Of a DNA stretch of 64,000 nt, positions 1 to 6,355 are shown piece by piece. A model generated the notes under the pieces. That model made no database searches, was not told where the DNA came from, and was given only the letters and a program-made list of their open reading frames with translations. The stretch's first letter is position 1; each line of letters opens with the position of its first letter. Source of the stretch: a virus; IMG/VR virus record IMGVR_UViG_3300025030_000064, positions 1-64,000 of that record. The stretch is one strand, 5' to 3'. The translations under genes were made by a program, and so were the position numbers.

Positions 1-207
1 GATGTTATCCCTGATGTTATCCCTGATGTTATCCCTGATGTTATCCCTGATGTTATCCCTGATGTTATCCCTGATGTTATCCCTGATGTTATCCCTGATG
101 TTATCCCTGATGTTAGCCCAGATGTTATCCCTGATGTTAGCCCAGATGTTATCCCTGATGTTAGTCCCGATGTTAGCCCCGATGTTATCCCTGATGTTAG
201 CCCCGAT
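1..207. repeat. 12-bp tandem repeat (GATGTTATCCCT and variants), coding RDNI on the minus strand
   Basis: Directly visible; about 17 units, the first 9 identical. Confidence 0.97.
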
Positions 208-435
208 GCTAGCTAATATCTGACAGCCTAATGGAGAATCCATAAAAAATACTTTTGGCTTATCTTTTTTACAAAAAGAATATAACCATTCAATTCCTTC
301 TTTTGCTTTTACTTTATCTATTTCTTGATCTTTATAAAAAAGATTTAACCATTCATTTCTAATGATAGGAATTAAAGCCTCTTGTTCTGGAGTTAATGAT
401 TCTAATTTGACGATATCAGTTTTTTGTTGTTTCAT
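1..435 (-). CDS. Tetrapeptide-repeat protein, DUF6745-like N-terminus; 3' end runs off the window
   Basis: Manual translation from ATG at 435: MKQQKTDIVKLESLTPEQEALIPIIRNEWL...FMDSPLGCQILASIGANI(RDNI/GANI/WANI)n, open to position 1. The LTPEQEAL..W..DSP pattern followed by repeats resembles DUF6745 proteins. Missing from the ORF track because no stop lies in the window. Confidence 0.8.
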   Translation of the reverse strand, partial: MKQQKTDIVKLESLTPEQEALIPIIRNEWLNLFYKDQEIDKVKAKEGIEWLYSFCKKDKPKVFFMDSPLGCQILASIGANIRDNIGANIGTNIRDNIWANIRDNIWANIRDNIRDNIRDNIRDNIRDNIRDNIRDNIRDNIRDNI

Positions 436-455
436 ATTATATTGTTTTTATTGAT

Positions 456-1130
456 TTAAAGATTGTTAGATATCCATTGATTAACACGTTCAGGAGAATA
501 TATTACTTTTTCTTTATACATAGTACCAGAAATTAAATGTATTAATACTATTACTTCTTCTTTATTCCATGAATCTTTAATTTTGCGAATAGTGATATTG
601 TTTGCTTTATCTGTTTTAGGTGACATTCCACAAGCACATTCATACTTTGCTTCAATATAATTCCATGTATCACAATTAACACATCTTCTTCCTGCATATC
701 CACTGCTTTTTTCTGATTCCCAATTACCATTAGTTTCATATTCTACCATTACAAATTCGATTACAGAGCCTTTATTATATTCTGATATAAATACATCAAT
801 AAACTCTTTAGAAGGTGTAGGAAGACCTAATGAGGTATCTGTAGTAGCTATTATCTTTTTACTATTCCTACCTATTATTTGTATTCCACCAATATCTAAT
901 ATCTGAATAGGTTTTTGATGACGTTCGCTAAAATACCAATCGTTAAATTGTGGTTTGTTCTCACTTAAAAAATAAAGATGATGACTACTAGAATGCACAT
1001 TATGTAAATACTCTTGAGTTATATATCCCTTATGATAAGCTAACTTACCATTACTAAGGATAACAAGACAATTTTCTGCTTTTTCATTACTTGGCAGCAT
1101 AACAAGTTTTACTCTTTTAAAATTTGTCAT
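456..1130 (-). CDS. Hypothetical phage protein with a CxxC...CxC insert
   Basis: 224-aa ORF; KIIATTD...VMVEYE...KDSWNKEEV pattern seen in Bacteroidota phage proteins. Confidence 0.8.
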   Translation of the reverse strand: MTNFKRVKLVMLPSNEKAENCLVILSNGKLAYHKGYITQEYLHNVHSSSHHLYFLSENKPQFNDWYFSERHQKPIQILDIGGIQIIGRNSKKIIATTDTSLGLPTPSKEFIDVFISEYNKGSVIEFVMVEYETNGNWESEKSSGYAGRRCVNCDTWNYIEAKYECACGMSPKTDKANNITIRKIKDSWNKEEVIVLIHLISGTMYKEKVIYSPERVNQWISNNL

Positions 1131-1175
1131 AGGACATTCATTTTTAAGGTTTATATTAATTGATTTGATTTAAAG

Positions 1176-1247
1176 TTAAAAAGAAAGATTCACTCTGCTA
1201 CATTGCAATATAAATTGTCAACTACATTGATATTGTCTTTCCTTTAA
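1176..1247 (-). promoter_or_regulatory. Helix-closed intergenic RNA element ending in a U-tract (terminator/attenuator-like)
   Basis: Minus strand AAAGGAAAGA pairs with UCUUUCUUUU (one G-U); internal hairpin CAAUGUAG/UUAUAUUG. Confidence 0.5.
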
Positions 1248-1253
1248 TAGTTA

Positions 1254-1913
1254 TTATAAGTTATTTGCAGATTCTTTTAACTCATTAGATTTTTGTATTA
1301 ACTCTTCTGCTTTTAATAATAATTCTTGTTTTTTAGAATTATTATTATCATATGGTAATCCTGTTTCAACTAGAATACCATAAGCTATAGTTCCTGATTC
1401 TAATTTACCACAAGTAATAGTTTTTTCACTATCATTACTTAATTGTTTCCACCAACAAGTACCTGCAAAAATATTAAAATTTACAGAAAGTATAAATTTA
1501 CAAGTTATAGATAATCCACAAACGATTCCACTACCAACTTTGATTCCCCAACCAGCTTCGATTCCCCAACCAGCTTCGATTCCCCAACCAGCTTCGATTC
1601 CCCAACCAGCTTCGATTCCCCAACCAGCTTCGATTCCACTACCAACTTTGATTCCCCAACCAGCTTCGATTCCCCAACCAGCTTCGATTCCCCAACCAGC
1701 TTCGATTCCCCAACCAGCTTCGATTCCACTACCAACTTTGATTCCACTACCAACTTTGGCTAAAATATATCCTTTAGCTTTAAATGATATATTTTTAACA
1801 TAACCTAAATTTGATTCAACTTCGATATTACCATCAAAATTAGTTAAATCTTCTTTGCCAATATAATTATTATTAGCATCAAGATGTTCTTTTGTAATTA
1901 CAAATGTTTTCAT
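1254..1913 (-). CDS. GIEAGW/GIKVGS hexapeptide-repeat protein (probable beta-solenoid)
   Basis: 219-aa ORF with about 13 hexapeptide repeats between unique N- and C-terminal parts. Confidence 0.85.
   Translation of the reverse strand: MKTFVITKEHLDANNNYIGKEDLTNFDGNIEVESNLGYVKNISFKAKGYILAKVGSGIKVGSGIEAGWGIEAGWGIEAGWGIEAGWGIKVGSGIEAGWGIEAGWGIEAGWGIEAGWGIEAGWGIKVGSGIVCGLSITCKFILSVNFNIFAGTCWWKQLSNDSEKTITCGKLESGTIAYGILVETGLPYDNNNSKKQELLLKAEELIQKSNELKESANNL
1523..1757. repeat. 18-bp tandem repeat with two unit types
   Basis: Units GATTCCCCAACCAGCTTC and GATTCCACTACCAACTTT, directly visible. Confidence 0.97.
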
Positions 1914-1954
1914 AATTGATTGATTTATATTAGTATTTAATTAATTTCAAAGTT

Positions 1955-2002
1955 AAAAAACAACTGCTCATAAAGACCAAACATTATAATATGAGCAATT
2001 GC
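1955..2002 (-). terminator. Intrinsic terminator-like hairpin
   Basis: Minus strand GCAAUUGCUCAUA/UAUGAGCAGUUGU 13-bp stem, 17-nt loop, then a U-run. Confidence 0.65.
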
Positions 2003-2010
2003 TTTATAAA

Positions 2011-2213
2011 AAGACTCTTCATTATCCTTGCCAGATGGATATGCTGTATATTAGGGTTTCCTAACGTGGCTTTAACTCTAGAGTCTAGCCTTGCATCTTA
2101 CACAATAGATAACGCTACTCTGGCGTAGCTATGATAAAGCATATTCTCTATGCCAAGTTTCTATCCCATGTACAATGGTTATCATTATCATATAATTCAG
2201 TTTGAAGAGCCTT
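2011..2213 (-). ncRNA. Candidate ~200-nt multibranch structured RNA, family unrecognised
   Basis: Closing helix AAGGCUCUUCA/UGAAGAGUCUU plus internal helices GAUAAC/GUUAUC, CCAU/AUGG, GCAUA/UAUGC, GCUAC/GUAGC, GGCU/AGCC, UUAGG/CCUAA, UAUCC/GGAUA; no ORF. Confidence 0.6.
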
Positions 2214-2244
2214 ATATTACTAAACATTCCAAATTTATCAATAA

Positions 2245-2856
2245 TTAGGAATGATTGTGAATGTTAAAATTAGAATTATTTAAATAGTTTTTAATACGAT
2301 AACAAGTATTTGGTGTTAATCCTACATATGGATCTGTTTGAAAGAAATGTTCTTTTTGTTCAGGTAACATATCTGAATCGTCATCAATAATTACATAGTT
2401 GTCAATATTGTCATATTTATTAAGAAAGTCTTGTATTTCTGTTCCTCTTAATGTTCTACGTGTATTAGTGATTCCAACATAAGTGTTCCTTGGAAAACCA
2501 ATAGCATTGAACCATTTATCCCAATCATTAGTATCTTTAAAATGATTTTTCCATACAGATGAAATACAAATCTTAGCTTGTGTATCAATACATAATCTAT
2601 TCAACCATTCCCATTTAACAGAATCAGTTTCTTCTTTTAATCGCTTATAAGTATAATTATAACTAAACAGGTCTTTTGGTGATTTATGATTAAGCAATGA
2701 AACAGATTTGTATTTAAACCCATTAAATATCCACTTAATCTTTGATTTAAGCCACCATTTATATGTATTGTAATGTAGCCATCTCTTCCTATACCTTGCA
2801 AGGTAAAACAGCTCAGAATTCATTACTCCGTCAATATCAAGAAATATTACTTTCAT
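2245..2856 (-). CDS. HAD-superfamily phosphatase (HAD domain of Swiss-Army-Knife RNA repair type)
   Basis: N-terminal KVIFLDIDGVMN (DxD), central ISSVW, C-terminal YVIIDDDSDM. Confidence 0.85.
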   Translation of the reverse strand: MKVIFLDIDGVMNSELFYLARYRKRWLHYNTYKWWLKSKIKWIFNGFKYKSVSLLNHKSPKDLFSYNYTYKRLKEETDSVKWEWLNRLCIDTQAKICISSVWKNHFKDTNDWDKWFNAIGFPRNTYVGITNTRRTLRGTEIQDFLNKYDNIDNYVIIDDDSDMLPEQKEHFFQTDPYVGLTPNTCYRIKNYLNNSNFNIHNHS

Positions 2857-2867
2857 AGTTAGTTATA

Positions 2868-2978
2868 TTAAAAAGAAAGATGTAAATATAATAACAGAAA
2901 TACTGTAATTACTTCTATATAGTTGCATACTACCTCAGCGATTACTTCTCATGCCTACTTACACTACATCTTCCTTTA
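2868..2978 (-). promoter_or_regulatory. Helix-closed intergenic RNA element ending in a U-tract
   Basis: Minus strand AAAGGAAGAUGUA/UACAUCUUUCUUU 13 bp; internal hairpin AUAGAAGUA/UAUUUCUGU; shares the 14-mer TTAAAAAGAAAGAT (plus strand) with 1176-1189. Confidence 0.55.
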
Positions 2979-2983
2979 TATTA

Positions 2984-3241
2984 TTAAAGACAACAATGTT
3001 TATATTTCTTTCCTGATCCACATAAGCATTTATTGTTTCTTTGTTGTTTTATCTCTGTTCTAACAGGAGATAATACTACAGATGGTCTATTTCTATATCT
3101 AAAGCTATTAAGTTCTTTCTGTAGTCTTGAATTCTCTAGTTCATTAGAATGAATAAGATATGGTTCCGGTGACATAATATTATTTATATCTACCAAAGTT
3201 GGATCATCAACAACTACTATTCTTTTACTATTCTTTTCCAT
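2984..3241 (-). CDS. Small SEC-C (SecA C-terminal zinc) motif protein
   Basis: C-terminal RNNKCLCGSGKKYKHCC. Confidence 0.85.
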   Translation of the reverse strand: MEKNSKRIVVVDDPTLVDINNIMSPEPYLIHSNELENSRLQKELNSFRYRNRPSVVLSPVRTEIKQQRNNKCLCGSGKKYKHCCL

Positions 3242-3300
3242 GTTAGTTTAATATTTAGTTTAACAATTAATAATACATCTACCTAACGGCAGATAAGTTT

Positions 3301-3412
3301 TGGTTTCACTACAGGCTTCGAACCTGTGACCTTTACGTATAACGTCATCATGCAAGTCTTTCATTGCAGAACTATTACCCATACTGCTCTAACCAACTGA
3401 GCTAAGTGAAAC
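3301..3412 (-). tRNA. tRNA-like gene with an expanded (~38-nt) anticodon loop; anticodon not assignable
   Basis: Acceptor (G)TTTCACT/AGTGAAA(C), canonical D arm TAGCTCAGTTGGTTAGAGC, T arm ACAGG-TTCGAAG-CCTGT, ends ...ACCA; GTATG/TATAC stem encloses 38 nt. Confidence 0.75.
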
Positions 3413-3436
3413 TTGAAATTATATGGCGTATAATTC

Positions 3437-3507
3437 GAAGACAGTAAGGATTCGAACCTCTTTTGCTCAGAGCATTTACCAGGTGGAAGATATCATTCCC
3501 TGTCTTT
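3437..3507 (-). ncRNA. Degenerate tRNA-like element
   Basis: AAGACAG/CTGTCTT acceptor-like stem and GAGG-TTCGAAT-CCTT T arm; D and anticodon arms are non-canonical. Confidence 0.5.
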
Positions 3508-3558
3508 CGTTATTTATAATTCCAATAGTCATTTGCTTTCCAGACTATCCTGAGTTAA

Positions 3559-3804
3559 TTAGTCAAGTATATTAATAGATATAATAGAGATATATTCATC
3601 TTTAAGAAATGGTACAGTCTCTCTAATACCTTTTAATACATTATCAAAGAATTCTTTTCTTTTTTCATCTGTATCTCCTACACTATTACCACTAATAGTT
3701 ATTACCTGAAATCCAAAGTTAGGAACTTTACGATATATAGGTAAAAACCAAGTATACCATTTATATGTCTTAATATGCATATAGCTGATAAATAATGTTC
3801 TCAT
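3559..3804 (-). CDS. Hypothetical protein
   Basis: 81-aa ORF with AAGGAGGA upstream. Confidence 0.65.
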   Translation of the reverse strand: MRTLFISYMHIKTYKWYTWFLPIYRKVPNFGFQVITISGNSVGDTDEKRKEFFDNVLKGIRETVPFLKDEYISIISINILD

Positions 3805-3822
3805 TTATAATCCTCCTTATAT

Positions 3823-3987
3823 TTAATTACTAAAATGTTTATCACAATAACCATAAGTAATACCAGCCTTTGATTTGAATACATGAATAGCTGAACAATC
3901 ACATCCAACAACCATACATACTATCCTACCAGTACTAATCTCATGCTTTCTTAGATCATTAGACTTAACTTTATATTTATTCTTCAT
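3823..3987 (-). CDS. Small putative zinc-finger protein (54 aa)
   Basis: Manual translation MKNKYKVKSND...CMVVGCDCSAIH...YGYCDKHFSN*; below the ORF-track cutoff. Confidence 0.55.
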   Translation of the reverse strand: MKNKYKVKSNDLRKHEISTGRIVCMVVGCDCSAIHVFKSKAGITYGYCDKHFSN

Positions 3988-4158
3988 AGTTTATAAGATT
4001 ATCAAGTACAATAGCCCAACCATTAACGCAACATATTTATATACTCCACCCATAAATACTAATCTACTAACTATATTACTAAATAAGAATAACCATCATA
4101 AGAGAATAGTATAGAGATTAGTTTTATCTTTCCCCTGTTTAGTACTCCCTCATCATCT

Positions 4159-4427
4159 CATGCTTCATATACTAAACATAAATAACTGTATATCATAGCT
4201 ATTACAATGTGATATTAAGTCTAATCTGATAGAGCAGAATAGTATCTTGTTTGATCGATTATATGTCCAAATAAGGCTTAAATATTTACAGCTGTCTTCA
4301 CTCGGGGATAAATTAGACTTTAGTATTGATAATCAGCATTATAATGTTTTTGTAAGTTATTGATAATCATTAAAAGAATATCAGCACATTACAGAGATAT
4401 TTACTAATCCATGCTTCATATACTAAA
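4159..4427. repeat. 18-bp direct repeat CATGCTTCATATACTAAA at 4159-4176 and 4410-4427
   Basis: Two exact copies in a noncoding stretch. Confidence 0.85.
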
Positions 4428-4433
4428 AGAAAC

Positions 4434-4471
4434 AAAAAAAAGTACACCTATATATAATAGGTATACCTTTT
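4434..4471 (-). terminator. Intrinsic terminator after the 4478-4921 gene
   Basis: Minus strand GGUAUACCUAU-UAUAU-AUAGGUGUACU then U7. Confidence 0.8.
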
Positions 4472-4477
4472 AATAGT

Positions 4478-4921
4478 TTATTCGAAGTCTATAAATGTTA
4501 AAACTGCACAATCAGTCCCTTGCCATTGTTTAAATTGAAATTCGCATACTAACTCAATACTACCTTTTAATAATTCAGTGTAAAAGGTTTTTACTTTGTC
4601 TGAGGTAATACGAATAGCAGTGTGTTGCTGGTCGTCAATATCTTTACCAATAACACCAAAATGTACACTGTAACCCTCTTTTTCTGTTACGCTCTTTACT
4701 TCAGGTCGTGGAACTTGCTGCATGGTTCTGAATGTAGCTTTGTAGTAAATTTCATTAACAGTAAGTTTAACTCTCTGAGCCTCTTTACCTGCCAAACATC
4801 TTTCACGAGCTTCTGACAACTCACCTAAGAGCAATCTACTTGCAGACTCTACATTACGCTGAACATGGCTGATTAAGGTATCAGCACTCAAACCATTAGC
4901 ATTTAATTTAATTTTTGCCAT
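4478..4921 (-). CDS. Hypothetical protein, standalone transcription unit (possible first early gene)
   Basis: 147-aa ORF with its own terminator, downstream of the hairpin/G-rich island. Confidence 0.8.
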   Translation of the reverse strand: MAKIKLNANGLSADTLISHVQRNVESASRLLLGELSEARERCLAGKEAQRVKLTVNEIYYKATFRTMQQVPRPEVKSVTEKEGYSVHFGVIGKDIDDQQHTAIRITSDKVKTFYTELLKGSIELVCEFQFKQWQGTDCAVLTFIDFE

Positions 4922-4985
4922 AATACATAAATTTAAGAATTAATAAATAGGTTTAAAATATATTCCCAAAGTTAACCAGTGGTAC

Positions 4986-5002
4986 ACCTTGTGGAACAAG
5001 GT
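4986..5002 (+). promoter_or_regulatory. Perfect 7-bp hairpin with GGA triloop on the template strand of the 4478-4921 gene
   Basis: ACCTTGT-GGA-ACAAGGT; function is inferred only. Confidence 0.4.
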
Positions 5003-5007
5003 CTGAC

Positions 5008-5232
5008 GGGGTAGTGTGTAGGATGGGTTAAGACTCTCACCATCACGGTAAAAAAATATTGGTTTGTATTTTAGGGGGTGATTTATTATGTATTGTATCT
5101 TGCTATTAGTATGTATGTAATATGATGTATGGGGGGGGTGTTTATTGAGTGGGTGGTATAGTGGGGGTATGCTTGCCTGCCGGTAGGTAGGTTTTTATGG
5201 TCGGGGGCTACGCCCTGGGGTTTGAATGGGGG
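5008..5232 (+). other. G/T-skewed noncoding island with multiple G-runs
   Basis: G4-G8 runs at 5008, 5074, 5131, 5163, 5203, 5217 and 5228 in an AT-rich genome. Confidence 0.8.
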
Positions 5233-5235
5233 TAT

Positions 5236-5264
5236 AAAAAAACCTACTTATTTAAGGTAGGTTT
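5236..5264 (-). terminator. Intrinsic terminator for the 5.3-6.7 kb minus operon
   Basis: Minus strand ACCUACCUUAAAUAAGUAGG followed by U7. Confidence 0.7.
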
Positions 5265-5284
5265 AGTATTTAATAACTCCTCTA

Positions 5285-5458
5285 TTATATTTCTTTTAGT
5301 TCTTGATAGATAATAGTTACATGATATGGTTGATGAACGATAGTATGAAGTATCTTTACTTCTGGGTTGTTGTCTAAGAATTTGTCCATGTTAAGGTTAA
5401 ATGATGGGCAGTTATCAATATACACTTGTTTTAGTACTTTTTTATATTCTTTATTCAT
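5285..5458 (-). CDS. Small hypothetical protein (57 aa)
   Basis: Manual translation MNKEYKKVLKQVYIDNC...YQELKEI*; tightly packed in the operon. Confidence 0.5.
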   Translation of the reverse strand: MNKEYKKVLKQVYIDNCPSFNLNMDKFLDNNPEVKILHTIVHQPYHVTIIYQELKEI

Positions 5459-5459
5459 A

Positions 5460-5775
5460 TTATAATTTCATTTTTTTAGCGATTTCTTTTGCAAGATAAG
5501 ACATTAGATAAGCATATGCTTCATCACTAGTATCTAAGTCTAATGTCATTCCTATTCTTTCTAATATAAAGGTAGTGGCATGAAAGACTTCGTGAGTAAT
5601 ATTATAAATAGTATCTGATTTCTTTAATTGACTCCTAAATCTTATTATCGTTTTGGTTTATTATATTCATTATTGTCTTTAATCCAAGATTAGATTCTAT
5701 ATTATAGAAATAGTTATTGTCATTTAGGTTACTCCAATCTTGTGGATACGTTATGGTTAATTGTAATTCTTCCAT
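5460..5775 (-). pseudogene. Frameshifted or truncated HExxH metallopeptidase-like gene
   Basis: 5460-5657 encodes TKTIIRF...ITHEVFHATTFILERIGM...DEAYAYLM but lies behind TAA TAA with no ATG before the motif; the ATG ORF 5775-5635 overlaps it in another frame. Confidence 0.5.
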
Positions 5776-5779
5776 ATGG

Positions 5780-6112
5780 TTATTTAGGTTGTGTTTTACG
5801 TAATCTACTTTCTTCTGACTCTTGATTAGTATCTAAAGGAAATACAATATTGCAAAATTCATCAACTGCTTTTATTTGCACCTTACCTAATATCATTGCA
5901 TTATATGCCATACAATGTATTTTTTGTAATAATTCACATTTGATTTCTTTTGTATCCATGTCTATATGATCAAAAAAATATCCTGTTGTAATAGATATTT
6001 TATACCATTTACCTCTATGTTTTTTCCTAAGAGTTGTACTTAAGGATATCCCTATTTCATTTTCAAAAATATGTATCTCTGGATAAATATATCCTTCTGG
6101 TGACTTTTTCAT
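5780..6112 (-). CDS. Hypothetical protein
   Basis: 110-aa ORF in a tightly packed operon. Confidence 0.7.
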   Translation of the reverse strand: MKKSPEGYIYPEIHIFENEIGISLSTTLRKKHRGKWYKISITTGYFFDHIDMDTKEIKCELLQKIHCMAYNAMILGKVQIKAVDEFCNIVFPLDTNQESEESRLRKTQPK

Positions 6113-6116
6113 AAGA

Positions 6117-6350
6117 CTATTTATTTATTGTTTCTTGCTTATCTAATTTATCTAAATCTGCTTTAACTTTTCTTCTAAACATTATCAATGCTCTTAAATC
6201 CTCCTTACATTGATCGCATACAAGCAAATTGGTCTTAGGAAAATATTCTATATTGAAACTTTGATAACCATCACATAGTTCACATTTGAATGACAATACT
6301 CCAGTACCATCATCTCTCTTTACTACTGAATAAATAGTTTCATCTTCCAT
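6117..6350 (-). CDS. Small zinc-ribbon protein
   Basis: CELC...CDQC. Confidence 0.7.
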   Translation of the reverse strand: MEDETIYSVVKRDDGTGVLSFKCELCDGYQSFNIEYFPKTNLLVCDQCKEDLRALIMFRRKVKADLDKLDKQETINK

Positions 6351-6355
6351 AGTTA

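Noticed and set aside
2-223. Plus-strand MLSL-repeat ORF
   Set aside because: Antisense shadow of the minus-strand RDNI repeat gene, which has a proper unique N-terminus.
1-1757. CRISPR array interpretation of the tandem repeats
   Set aside because: Units are contiguous with no unique spacers, are multiples of 3 and lie in coding frames; no cas genes.
1505-1803. ESKLVG and SIPQPA repeat ORFs
   Set aside because: Alternative frames of the stop-free 18-bp repeat inside the 1254-1913 gene.
4323-4370. Fur box or integrase arm site from the TGATAATCA repeats
   Set aside because: Only a partial match, with no integrase or iron-related gene in the window; kept only as part of the repeat finding.
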